Below are positions 51,656 to 63,477 of a DNA stretch of 64,000 nucleotides, one piece after another (the stretch's first letter is position 1; every line of letters begins with the position of its first letter). The notes beneath the pieces are model-generated. The model worked only from the letters and a program-made list of their open reading frames with translations. It was not told where the DNA came from and ran no database searches. The DNA comes from Protoeuglena noctilucae (taxonomy: Eukaryota), in contig OY253673.1 in NCBI GenBank assembly GCA_958009085.1, positions 434,001-498,000 of the forward strand, written 5' to 3'. Both the position numbers and the translations under genes were made by a program.

Positions 51656-54091
51656 TTAGCGCCCCACGCTGCTCTGCGACGGCACGCGGCCGCGCGGTGC
51701 CTCGCCACCCCCCGGCGTGGGCACGACGCTCAGTGGCGTCGCGTGGGGCGAAACGGTGGTCTGGCACTCGCCCAGCACGAACTGCGTGTGCCTCTGGTAA
51801 CGGACGGCGTCTGTGCCCGGCGTCTCCCTCCCCGAAGGCGTGTCCACTCCAGGTGTGATCGCGCCCAGGCCCCTCAGCGCGTCCTCTCCGCTCCCTGCTC
51901 CAGGCAGGCCCCGGGGCGTCTCGGGCACTGCCGTCCCGTCGTCCGCGTCCGCCCCGTGCGCACTGGGCCCACCCTCGCCACCCCCGCCCCTGCTACCCCA
52001 TGGCTGCGACGCGAACGCCGGCCACGGCCCATCGTGCCTCGAGTCCCCAGCCGCTCTCGGCTCCAGACCCAGAGCCCACTCGCCTCCGCCCCGTGCCCGC
52101 TTCCGCTCCCGCTCCGCGTCCTGCTGTGAGCCGGGGCCCCTCTGCAGTCACGCCACATGTAAGGTCGCTTCACTCATCACCCGCCCCTCACTGGTAAGAC
52201 ACAGTCACAGTCCCGGTCATCAGTCACCCACGCACGCAGAGACTCTGTCGCTCTCCCCGCGCCGCCAGTCCTCACCTTCCCGAGCCCACCGTCGCTCCCC
52301 GCGACCCCCGCCACTTGACCCAAGGGCGGCCCTGCCTCGTCTTGTGACAGACCCAGCCCCGCCTTGCTGCCGCGACTCCCCGGCCCCTCGGAACTCGTAG
52401 ACCCCACCAAGTTCGGACACACGTCCGCCAGCGCGTCCCCCCGCCCCGTCGCCGCCGCCACCTGGGTCGGCCCACGGTCTGCCACCGCTGCGCCCCCGGC
52501 CTGCTGCTGCCGCAGGCGGTTGGGGGAGTTGGAGTCCTTCTGGGACTTGAGCAGCGCTTGGAGGAGTAGCTCCTGCGGCGTGCCGTTGTCTTCCAGGCCC
52601 TGGGACCCCCCCGGTGGCGGCGGGGTGGGAACGGGGCAAGCACCGTCGTCCGCTCGGGCCAGGGACCCCGAGGACGCGCCACCGGCACGCGCCGCGTGCC
52701 TGTCCGGAAGAGCCGCGGGCGCCGTTGAAGGCCCCGGGGGCGTGGGGGGTGCGGGTGAGGGTGCGGGTGAGGGTGCGGGTGCGGCAACTGGTCGGGGTGC
52801 CGCTGCAGGTGCCGTGGAGTGCACTGGCGGGGGCGCGGGTGTAGAGGCGGGCGCGGGTGCCCTCGCGGGTCCCCTCTCGGGTGCCCTTGCGGGTGCCTTT
52901 GCAGGTGCCTTTGCAGGTGCCCTTGCAGGTGCCGTGGCACGGAACGCGCCGTGCACAGACGCGGGCGCCTCGATGCCCCGCGTGATCCCCGTCAGGCTCA
53001 GCTCGCTGGGATCGGACGTGGCGCGGGCCCCGGGGGTGTTCGGAGCGGGGCTGCCCCTCCTGTCTGTCGCACTCACGGGACTCCAGGGCCGGGAGGGTCC
53101 CTCCTGGCCCCGCCTCCCCGAGCCTCGGGCCTGGCGCGCTTGCCCTGCACCCGCCGCCGGAGCGGGCCCACCAAACCCGGCGACCGGAAGCGATGGGAAG
53201 GGCGCCAGGCGGTGTAGCCCTTGCGCGGCGGCCACCAGCCCCAGCCGCCGCGCCACCTCGACTTGGCACTGGGCGAGGACGCGGCGGGATTGAAGGAGAG
53301 ACTCCAGCCCAGGGACGCCCTCCATGTCGCGGAGCAACCCCATCGAGTGTTCCCTGGGAAGGGTTTGCATTGGGGGTCACACTGGTGGACAGTCAAAGGT
53401 TCTGCACCCCACGTGCAGCAGCATGTGTGACGCGCCATGCAGACCACCGAGTCCGCACCACATTGGGTGTCGTATACGCGGGCTCACCCGAGGAGCGCGG
53501 CCCGTCGGCGGACGTCATCCAGCAGCGCAAAGGCCGCATCGACGTCCCTTGATGCGTGCGCGAGGGCTTCCTGGCTGGCACGGGCCGCGACCGACAGCTT
53601 TCGGGCGAGGGAGGACCCTGGGGGCTGTGTGGCCTGCGTGGGTTGCATGGGAGCAATCAAGACTGGCGTTGCATGGCGCGCCCGCGAAACCCTCGCGACC
53701 CACCCTTGTCTATGGGTCTAGACCCGCTCACCTCTTGGGCCTGTTGGATGTGCTGCGCCTCGACTCCGAGACGAACGTGCTTTGCGACAGCGGCATCCAA
53801 CGCCCTCGCTGCGGCAGAGACCTCCGCAAACAGCGCACGGTCCCGGTCCGAGCGCGTCAGGGCTGCGACGTGCTCCGCAGGCACCGTGACTGCGGCGTAG
53901 CGATTTTCGATCGATGTTACTGCGGACGCGCTATGCCGTGCAATCTTTCCGGGCGCGCGCGCGGTCAGCGGGCGACAGTCACCGAGGGGTGCGACGACCG
54001 GCAGGAAGAGGGTCGCGGGGGCAGCAAATACGTCCTCTTCCCATCGCTCCGGTGGCCCGAGTCCAGCCACGCCTGGCTGCTGCATTGACAC
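51656..54091 (-). CDS. Uncharacterised protein with helical N-terminus and Pro/Ala-rich repeats
   Basis: Four phase-compatible exons. APAK/APAR and PAPS repeats at 52745-52935. No family motif recognised. Confidence 0.55.
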
Positions 54092-54617
54092 GAGCCCCAG
54101 GATCGGCCTGCGCGGCGCAACCTTCGTATCTCGAGATGTCGGCGGTCCGGCCGTGCTCGAAATAGGGGGGACGGGTGAACCTCAGCAGCTGTCGATGCGA
54201 CGAGAACCCAGAAATTGCAAATTTGGGCAGGGTCCCTGCCCCTACCACCGAGGCGTCGCGGCGGTGCGGAGAGGGAGCGTGCACAGCATGCGAGCCGAGG
54301 CTCAAACCACCCCCGTTGCGATTCCGCAGGAAGGGCCTTTCCGAGGCACTCAGCGACGACGCCATGGACTGTGCGATCAATGCCTGACCCATGAAAACGG
54401 TGCCAGCGGATGACACGGGGTCCAGGCTTGCATCCTTCGTTCAAGCTCATGATGGATGATTGGTGGCCACCACGCAACGTCTTGCGGAGAGGACTGCGTG
54501 CAAAATCTGCCTGCCGCGCATTCGCATCGCCGTCGCGCGCCCCACCCCATCGTTCGCAGTCTTGCGTCGTGCCCAATTCCCGCCACCCCGCCCGTCCATG
54601 AGCCTGCGCAGCGCTCT

Positions 54618-55019
54618 ATGCTGCATCGCCCGCCGACTACCATCGAGCTCAAGGCCGAGGACCGACTTGAGGCGAGCCGCGCGTGGGTTTGGACTTGGAA
54701 CGGGCGAGCGGCCCGCCGCAACGATTATCAGCTTCCCCTCGCTTTGCATTCGCTGAGAACCTGACACTCGCTTCACTCGTGCTACTCGCAGCTGGAGCGC
54801 ATTCAGCGGGAGAAGCAGGAGAGCCTGGGGAAGGCCAAGGGCCTCGGCGTCCCCCAGGATCCACGGAGCGCAGCCCAGCGCATCGGGCTCCCGCCGCACA
54901 ACGATGGTCGTCAAAGCCAAGTGAGCACTCGCGTCGGCATAGCGTCGATCTGTCGCAGAGCCACGAGAGGGTGGCGCAGGCTCACGGTCTGGGGGCGCCC
55001 GTGGTCGCAGCGACACTAA
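54618..55019 (+). CDS. CDC26: Anaphase-promoting complex subunit CDC26/APC12 (about 63 aa), upstream ORF of TTM3
   Basis: Exons 54618-54671, 54792-54920 and 55011-55019 give MLHRPPTTIELKAEDRLE|LERIQREKQE...RSAAQRIGLP. This matches the CDC26 N-terminal MLRRxPTxIxLKxED motif and the plant RIGL tail. Confidence 0.88.
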
Positions 55020-55026
55020 GCATGCA

Positions 55027-55799
55027 ATGGAGGTGGAGATCAAGTTTCGGCTTGCGAGCAAGGAGGACAGGGACAAGGTGCACGAGCTCTTCCGCAACGG
55101 AGCCGGGGACACGCACGAGCAGGTGCGCAGCCGTGCACCCTGCTCCAGGGGCCCCTGCATCTGTCGACCCCGGCAAGCATCGCGCATGTTTTCTCCGCGC
55201 TACGAATGTGCAGGAGAACTACTTCTTCGATGGTGCGCGCGGGGAGCTGAGTTCCACGCGGACGGTCCTGCGCGTGCGGATTTACGGAGGAACAGAGAAG
55301 GCCACGCTCACGCTTAAGGGCAAGGCGGCCGTCGTCGACGGCGTCAGCCGCGCGATGGAGGTGGGCGCTTTTGCTTCATAGCTCGTGCAGATGCCACGTC
55401 TGGTCGTGTGGCCTGGGACGGACTGCGGCCCTCGTTTTCGCTCCGCAGCTCGAGTCAAAAATCGATCCTGAGGTGGCGCACCGGTGCGTGGCGGAGCCGA
55501 ACACGATTCTCGAGATCCCGGGGCAGGTGCTGGACGCGGTGCGCGAGAAGGGCGTGGAGCAGCTGGTCGGATTGGGCGGGTTCGCCAACACGCGGCAGGA
55601 GCTGCGGTGGGAGTCGCTCCTGCTGGAGCTGGACGAGACGCGCTTCGAGTGGGGCACCGTCTACGAGCTCGAGTGCGAGACGGACCAGCTCGAGGTAGTC
55701 AAGCCGCGGCTCGAGGCAGCCCTCCGCGGGGCGGGCATCGCCTTCCGGGACGGCACCGTGACCAAGTTCGCCAACTTCGTCAACAAGACGCTCGATTAG
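55027..55799 (+). CDS. TTM3: Triphosphate tunnel metalloenzyme 3 (CYTH domain)
   Basis: MEVEIK (ExExK), ENYFFDG, VLRVR, TLKGK, GGFANTR, LDETRF...YELECET, KFANF. Introns 55123-55213 and 55361-55448. Confidence 0.95.
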
Positions 55800-55863
55800 C
55801 TCGAGTTGAAGCGCGATGGCCGATCAAAAGACTCGGTTAGCAGCTCGGCCCTGGGCCTGCGCG

Positions 55864-58586
55864 TCACACGCCCGCTTCAACTTGCGACGCTTTCGGCGCC
55901 ACCCACGACCGCGCCTCCCTCGCTTCGCCGAGGTCCAAGTCGTCCTCGTCCGGGTCGCCCAGATTCTCCACCTCTGCATCCTCGCCCCCATCTCCCAATT
56001 CCTCGGCCCCTTCGTCCCCAGACCACCCTGCCCCTGCCTCCTCATCCCCGCCACCGTATCCCTCACCCCCCTCGGCATGTCGACCCGCTTCTGCCCCATC
56101 CTCCCTAACGCCACCTTCGGCCCCGTCACTGTGTCCCGCCCCCGTCCCTGCCCCCAACTCCCTCTCAAACCCGGTCGCAGATTCCACCACGCAACCCTCC
56201 AGTCCTCCCAGGGGGCCCGCGGGCATTGCTGCAGCACCACCCGCGCCATCTCGTGCCTCTGCCCAACGCGGCCCTGCCCCGCTCGCCCCCGCACCAGGGC
56301 CCGCCTCAGCCCCGGGCCCAGCACCCTCCTCCACGTCCCCCGCCTCTTCCACAGTCCCTAGTGCCCCGCCTGGGGGCGCCAGGCCGTAGGGCTGGGCCCA
56401 CCCGCCCTGCGCGCCAGGCCGGGGACCCCCGGAAGCTGCCAGTTGCCGCTCGAGCTCCCGGATGCGTGCATTCATCCCAGCCATCAGCATGTCCATCTCG
56501 GCATCGAGCCGGTCCCTCTCCGCGAGTTCCCGCTCGTAGCCTTCGATCCTGCGCGGCTCAGACATGTGGGTAGGTGGTTTAGCACATGGTCATCGCTCAA
56601 AGGACGCTGTGGCTTGACAGTGCAACCACAGTGCCACAAGCGCTCTGGGATGCCACCCGCATTGAGCTTGAGCACGACACGCGCCCGTGCCGCTCACCGT
56701 GCCTCCATCGAAGTCTTCTGCACGTGCCAGCGGTGGACCTCTTGCTCCAAGTCGAAGATGACCGCGTTGTGGAGAGCGGACTCCGCCTCCCTCTCTCGCA
56801 TCTCGGCAACCAGGCGCTCAAACATGCTGCCCACGATCGCCTGCGGAAAGGGAGGATATGACATGGGAGGTTGCTAAGGGACGCACTGGCAAGCCCACGC
56901 AACACACCGCCTACTCTTGCAAGCGGCGGGCTGTCAGCATCGAGACCCCACCCGCCGTTTTCACCTTGCTGGAGTCTTCGGTCAGCACGGCCCCCTGCGC
57001 GACCTGCATCTTGGAGTTGAGCAGCCGCACGTACTGCCGGCGTAGGTTCTCGTACTGCTGCGACCCAAGCGAGCTGACGCGCGACGCCGTGACCTTCTGC
57101 CCCTGCAAACGGTGGATAAGAAACAACTTGCCCCATCTCTGGAGCCCAACGCAGGCCTGGGCTGAGACGAGGCGACTCCCGACCGTCGCGCACCTTCGCA
57201 GCCCGTAGCTGTCGGCGCAGATTGTCCGCCGCCATCTCCGCCAGGGCACCACGGTTGCGTGCAGCCTCGAGGGCCGCCGACAGCTGCGCGATGGTGCGGT
57301 TCTTGTCCGCCAAAGCCTCTGCGGCGGCAACTGATGTGGGATTAAACACAGTCCAGGCAGGTCGAAATGACCCTGCCTGTTCCCGCGCGCACTGCTGCTC
57401 CTCACCTGCCACGTCCCCGTCCCCCTCGACGCCGTCACCCTGCTCCCCGGCACCCCTGACGTGCGCCACGACGCGCTGGCCCTTCGCAGGTCCCTTCCCC
57501 TGGGCCGTCCGCATCGCACGCACCTCCTTCTCCAGCTCCACGTTGCGGCGGTACAGCTTCTTCATGATCGTCTTGGCCTGGTCCAGCTTCTGCGGTGGAA
57601 TCGACAAATGGAATGCTTCTGCTTGCGGCTCTCCGACTCAAGGCAGCGCTGGGACGGTCGCGAGGGTGCATGCGAGGTCGGCAGCACACTCGCACTTAGG
57701 AGCAGCCGGCACCCTCGCCTCCTGCAGCTGCTGCGACTTCTGTACGACCAGGACCAATGACTCCTTGGATTTGCCCTTCTTGGCCTTGGACGGTGCTTTG
57801 GAGGTGGCCTCGGCCGGGCCAGGCCCGGCACCCGCCCCGCCCTCCACCTCAAACCTCACGCCGTTCAGGTCGTTCAGCGCCTTCTCGAGCTGCTCGCGAA
57901 GCCCCGATGACAAATCCATCTTCCGGACATCCAGGTCGGCCAGGTGCGGCTGGGCTGCGGCCAGGGCCCCCGACTGGGCGGACAGGGTCCGCCCCCGCTC
58001 CTTGTCCAGGTCCAACACGGCCTCCCGGTGCTTCTCTTGCAACGCGTCCAGCTTCTTCTGCAGCTCAAGCGACTTGTCTCTGCGTGGCAGGGGACCCAGG
58101 GCTCGGTTCGCAGCAGACACGGGCGTGGCACTGTCGTGATGCACGTCCCCCGGCTCGCCTGTACTCTTCCATCATCCGCGCCGTGGTCTCCAGCTCCCCG
58201 AGTGCACGATCTCGATCGGTTAGTGCCTGCGGCAGCGCGCCGGTCAGCATTCGAGCCGCGAGGCAGCGAGGCATGCAACCATGCGGAAAGCAGGAAGGTC
58301 CTTTGCAAGCCAACCGATACTATGCCCCCCCCCTCAGTGCACCTCTGTAACGGCTCGACTCTCTCCGCTTACGGGGCTCTCCGCTCCGAGCCTAATGCCT
58401 CGCTGGCTGGTCACTGCAAATGCGATGCAAAAAGTAGGTGTGCCTCCCGCAGAGAGCCTTGCTGGCGTCTCTTCATGACAACCGCGATGCGACATGTAAG
58501 GAGGCTTTCAAGTACATTCGCGACGAGGGATGGGAGGGCCGCTGGACTCCCCGACGCGGACTCTCCCCCACGCACCCGTCATCATG
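55864..58586 (-). CDS. Uncharacterised coiled-coil protein with acidic tail
   Basis: Multi-exon with heptad-rich segments (KLDQAKTIMKKLYRRNVELEKEV; LERQL) and an E/D/G-rich last exon. Start approximate. Confidence 0.6.
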
Positions 58587-58964
58587 CGCCCCGGCAGCCC
58601 TGGTGGGCGCGAGCGGCGGGCGGAGTCCATCTTCGACATTTGGGCAACGGAGCTGGTCCACCAGGCACGTCAGATGCCCTCTATATTTGCCAAAAGAGGG
58701 CCATCCATTTCGCGACCTGTGACCTCGTGCAGGGGTCAGCACGAGGCCCATGCATCCCGCGCGCCAGACCTCGCGAACAGATACGTGTCGCAGGCAAGGA
58801 AGGAGCTCAACGATGAAGACGTGCAGCCAGAAACATTGCAAGAAGGAACGCATGCAAGTCCTTTGCCTTCCAGGCCGCTGCTATCCCCTGATATTCCTTG
58901 AGATTAGAAGCGACATCTTCATCACCAAGCAGCCCGCGACGTCGCGTGCCTCATCCCAGCACCG

Positions 58965-60221
58965 ATGACCGGCAGCGCCCTGGACCGTCTGCGCGAGCTC
59001 TGCATCGTCGTGGCCGACACGGGGGACATCGCGCAGATTCGCAGGTTCACTCCGCAAGATGCTACCACAAACCCTTCGCTCCTGCTGAAAGCGCTCCAGA
59101 CGCCCGAGTATGCGGCCGCTATCCGGTGCGTGCGCAGCCACCTTGAGCGTGCGCGGCTGCTTCTACGCGCGAGGATAGAGGCATCGATGCGTGAAATCGA
59201 CGCAGAGATACCATCGCGGAGGTGAAGAAGGCTCATCCGGGGATCGACGCGAAGGACGGGGCGCAGCTCGTCGCGGACCAGCTCGCCGTGGCCATCGCGG
59301 GCGAGATTCTCAGCATTGTGCCCGGGCGCGTGTCGGTCGAGGTGGATGCCCGTCTCTCGCACGACGCGGACGCGACGGTGTCGCGCGTCGAGCGCCTGCT
59401 GCACCTGATGGGCGAGCGGGGCGTCGAAAAGGCGAGGCGGCGGGCGCTGAACGGAGGCCAGCACTGCACGGTCGCCTCCAGTAGCTTAGGACTGCTCGCG
59501 CTTCTCGCCCGCAGAGTCGGGTGTACATAAAGATTGCGGCAACGTGGCAGGGGATTTGCGCCTGTGAGCGGCTGCAGAAGGCGGGCGTGGACTGCAACAT
59601 GACGCTCGTCTTCTCCCTCGCCCAGGCCGCCGCGTGCGCGGCTGCTGGGGCCACGCTCATCTCACCGTTCGTGGGCCGGATGCTGGACTGGCACAAGGCG
59701 CGCAGCGGGGACGTCTACACGTCTGAAACCGACCCTGGGGTCGTGTCCGTGCGGGCGATTTACAAGTACATGAAGGCGCACGGCTACTCAACGCAGGTGA
59801 CGCCGCACACGGCAACGGCCCACATAAGACATGCTTGAGTTTCACTCAAGCATGTGGGTGCACCCCACCACACCTCCTCAGCGCCGTGCACAACGCTCGC
59901 TCGTGGGGCCCCATATCGCAGGTGATGGCCGCGTCCTTCCGCAACACGGGGGAGATCTTGGCGCTGGCAGGGGTGGACAAGATCACCATTGCGCCGCAGC
60001 TGCTGGAGGAGCTGCAGGCGATGCCGGGGGAAGGCGTCGAGCGGGCCTTGAGCCCATCGAGCACAGATGGGGCGCCTGCCCAGGTCACGCTGTCAGAGAG
60101 CTCGTTCCTCGAGATGCTGGCCGCGGACGCTGCGGCCAGCGACCTGCTCCCCGCGGGGATTGCTGCCTTTGTGCGGGACACTGACACCCTCGAGCAGCTC
60201 ATTGCCCAGCAGTGGGCCTGA
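58965..60221 (+). CDS. TAL: Transaldolase
   Basis: [38 protein letters not shown] (catalytic Lys), [22 protein letters not shown]. Confidence 0.97.
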
Positions 60222-60422
60222 GGGTTGGGGTTACCCATGGCGCACCTCTAGAAGATGCGCCTCCAGCGACCGCGTTCGCTTGCGAAATATGGCAACCTTT
60301 CTTCACACCCCTAGAACCCCTAGGCTCGGTTCGAGTGACTACAACTCGCGCAAAGGAGCTAGTGAAGCAAGGAAGTGAAGAGAGAAACTTGCAGCTAGTC
60401 TCGCATTGGCCTCAGCCGGGCG

Positions 60423-63400
60423 TCACGCAGGCAGGGTGGCCAGCTCGCGGCCGCTGAGAGAGTGCTGCTCTTGGCTCGACACCACTAACGTGCCCTCGCC
60501 AAAGCCAATCACGACGGGGTGACCCTGCCGCTCGTCCGACGAGCTGCGCCCGAAGCTGACCATGGACCCATACGACGCCGTGTGCTTGGGCTTGGGCGCC
60601 GCGGCGTGCGAGGGCTCCTCCTCGAGCCCGTCGCGCCAGAAACTGGGCCCGTGCGAGGCCGGACGCGCAGCGGGGCTGCCCCCGCCCAGGGCGCCGAGCG
60701 CGTCGCTCGCGGCCGGCGTGCCCGCGAGCGCCCGGTCGGGTGCCGGGGCGCGGGGGCGGGTGATGCTGATGGACGAGTGGCCGCTCGCGCTGAGCGTGAT
60801 GCCGATCTCGATCTGCCCCGGCTGCGGCGCCCGGGACGCCTCCGCGCCCTCCGCTGCCTTGGCGCCCTCCGAGGCCTCCGCGCGCACCGCCGCGCGGCTC
60901 TGCGTGGCTGCGGCCCACGACACCTCCTGCACCACGTCGCCCGCAGACACGTCGATGCTGCCCAGGTCGACCACCGGCCTGCCGTTGACGGCGAAGGACC
61001 GCCGCGCGAGGTTCTCGGGGCCGTACTTGAGTAACAGCGTGTCGTGCAGCGTCATGCCGCGCTCCGACTGGATGACCGAGATGCGGCCCTCCAGGTCCAC
61101 CAGCACAAAGTGCGCCGCGCCGCAGTAGGTGCACGCCGTCTGGCGCAGGTCCTCGAGGCTCCCGCAATAGCGCTCGTCGTGCCTGCGCGCGGGGACTGGC
61201 AGCCGCGCTCCGCATGCGCCGGCGAGGGCGAGGGCCCACGGGGGGCAGAGGCATGACGGCACGCGGCCGGCGCACCTGTTGCACTCCGCGCGGTGCTCCG
61301 GGAAGGTGCACAGCGGGGCCTTGCGACGGACCGTGTCCTCGAGCCCGTCCAGCGACACGCCCCGGGGCTTGCACTTGACGTCGTGGACTTCCAGCACCCA
61401 CGACAGGAGGTACTTGGCGTACGCCACCAGCTTCTCCGAGCACTGCGAGACAAATTACAACGAGGGACGGGTCGGCGGCTGAGGAGCCGAGCAAGTCGCG
61501 GTCGCTCTTGACCGATGCACGCACGCTAGCACCCCTTGAATGCGCCACCCCGTGTCGCACCTGGCTTAAGCTGTCTTGATTGAGGGACTCCTTATATCTC
61601 CAGTGCGCCGCGGCTCCGTACTCCGACACGATGTGCATGTCCACGGTGCGGATCTGGACCTCAATGGGCGTCCCGTGCGCGCCCTCCACGACGATGTGCA
61701 GGGATCGGTACCCGTTGCCCTTGCTCTCGCGGATGTAGTCCTTGAAATGCCCGTCGTCCACCAGCTTGAAGGTCGTCTGCACCACCCGCAGCGCCTCGTA
61801 GCAGTCGGCCTTGGTCGGCACGATGACGCGGAGGGCCTGGGCGTCCAGGACCTGCGAGGGCTCGATGCCCTTGGCGCGCGCCTTCTTCTGGATGCCGAAG
61901 AGGCTCTTGACGCGGCCGGAGATGTCGGCGAGCGGGATGCCCGCGGCCGTCATGGCCGACTGCGTCGCATCCAGGGCCCCCTGGAGCGCGTCCTGGCGGG
62001 CCTGGGTGTGGAAGCGGCCGCGCAGGGCCGCGTGCGCCTCGGGCTCCAAGTGGTAGAAGCACAGGTCCTCCATCTCGGCCTGCGCTCGGAGAAGGCACGG
62101 AGTGTGGCGTCGAGCGGCCACTGCCCCTGAGCGCTAGCTGTTATGATGCAAACCCTGCGGGGCTGCGAGTCGCGCTGTGGCAGTCCCCCGGGCTCACCTT
62201 GACGCTCGAGAGGCCGATGCGCGAGGCGAGGGGCACCAGGATGTCCAGGCAGGCGCGCGCAAAGGCGCGTCGCCGCTCCGGGGTGCGGGCCTGCAAACGC
62301 CGCAGCTCCACTAAGCAGTCGGAGGGGCACAGGACGCATGCACGCACGTCCGCCATCGAAAGGAGGATGTTCCGAAGATCCTCCGAGGCCGCCGTGGCGC
62401 CCTCCAGGTTGACGATGCCGCCCATACGGTGCGCGTCCATCACCATGCTGCGCAAGTCTTCAGGGAACGCCCCCACGATGGCGTCGACGGTGGTGATCGG
62501 GAGGTGCTTGCGGAGGGGCAACAGCAGCGCCGCGCTGGCGACGGACGCGTCGAGGCCGAGCTCGGCCACAACCGCCGCCCCGTGCAGCGCGGCCATGATG
62601 ATCGCCTCCCCCAAGTGCTGCCGCTCCTGCGGGCGCGGCAGGCAGCGGGTCGTTCGTGGGTGCGCTGCGGAACCCCAGTCCGCAGACGAGCCGCAGCGGC
62701 CGCGCTCTCACCCCCAAGGCTTGCCGCGCCGCGTTGAAGGCGCTGGCGAAGACCGGGCGCTGCAGGGCCGGGTACCTGGCCTGGAGCGCCCGGAAGAGAC
62801 TGGAGGCGCGCTCGGCGATTAAACTGCTCGCGCGATTTGCGGGGGCGGACGCCGGGGAGAGCGGCGAGGGTGCGCCCCGGACGTCCAAGACCTGGTTGAG
62901 GAGGCCGCGGGGGTGGCCGTCCCGGGCGTCGGCCCAGGGCGCGGCGCCGGCGGCCGGCGAGGGGCCCTGGGGCTCCAGCGTAGGGAAATTGGCGGCGGGG
63001 TGGGCGTCAAGCTCGGCGGCGGGCACGGACACCCGTGGCTGGAAGCCGACAAAGGTCGGGGCGGAGTTGGACACGTCGCGCCGCCGGAGCTGGTCGCCGG
63101 AGCCGCGGACGAAGGACGAGGTCGACGGCGTGCGGTGGAAGGAGCGCGCCTCGTCGTCGGCGCCCATGGCCAGCGACGCATGCGACTGCCTGCGCTCTCG
63201 CTCGTGACTCGTGGGCGTCACGCCGTAGGGCACGTTCTGCGGCGGAGGCGGGGCACGGGAAGCGCATTCACGTCGAGAACTAGGTGCGTCGGCGGGGACA
63301 GCGCGGCGCGCGGGCGCCCGCATGCGGCCCCGAGGGTGCCCCAGGAGTTACGAGGCCACGCACCAGGCTCCCCGCGGGCGGCGTCGTGCCGATGTTGAGT

Positions 63401-63477
63401 TGCCGCGCCGACGGAACCTCCGCCGGCTTCGACTTCGCGGCCGTCGAGGGGATTCGGACGGGCTGCGACGTCTGCAT
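60423..63477 (-). CDS. RSH: RelA/SpoT homologue (ppGpp synthetase), probably plastid-targeted
   Basis: ISGRVKSLFGI, DAQALRVI, KDYI...NGYRSLH, EVQIRT...AAHWRYKE. Degenerate HD domain and a TGS-like C-terminal domain. Confidence 0.93.

Noticed and set aside
52745..52935. 12-bp tandem repeats
   Set aside because: They encode APAK/APAR/PAPS linkers, so they are ordinary coding low complexity.
57590..57718. Additional GC donor (GAG|GCGAGG) on the minus strand
   Set aside because: An in-phase GT donor lies 6 nt away, so it cannot be decided without cDNA and was not counted.
58438..58901. Possible small + strand gene upstream of transaldolase (a second bicistron)
   Set aside because: No consistent spliced frame or motif. 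The region is better explained by the 5' exons of the minus-strand coiled-coil gene and a divergent promoter.
42098..63477. Bacterial-type genes (RlmN, RSH, transaldolase, CYTH) as a horizontal island or contamination
   Set aside because: All carry spliceosomal introns and host-like codon usage, and all belong to families already known in the green lineage.
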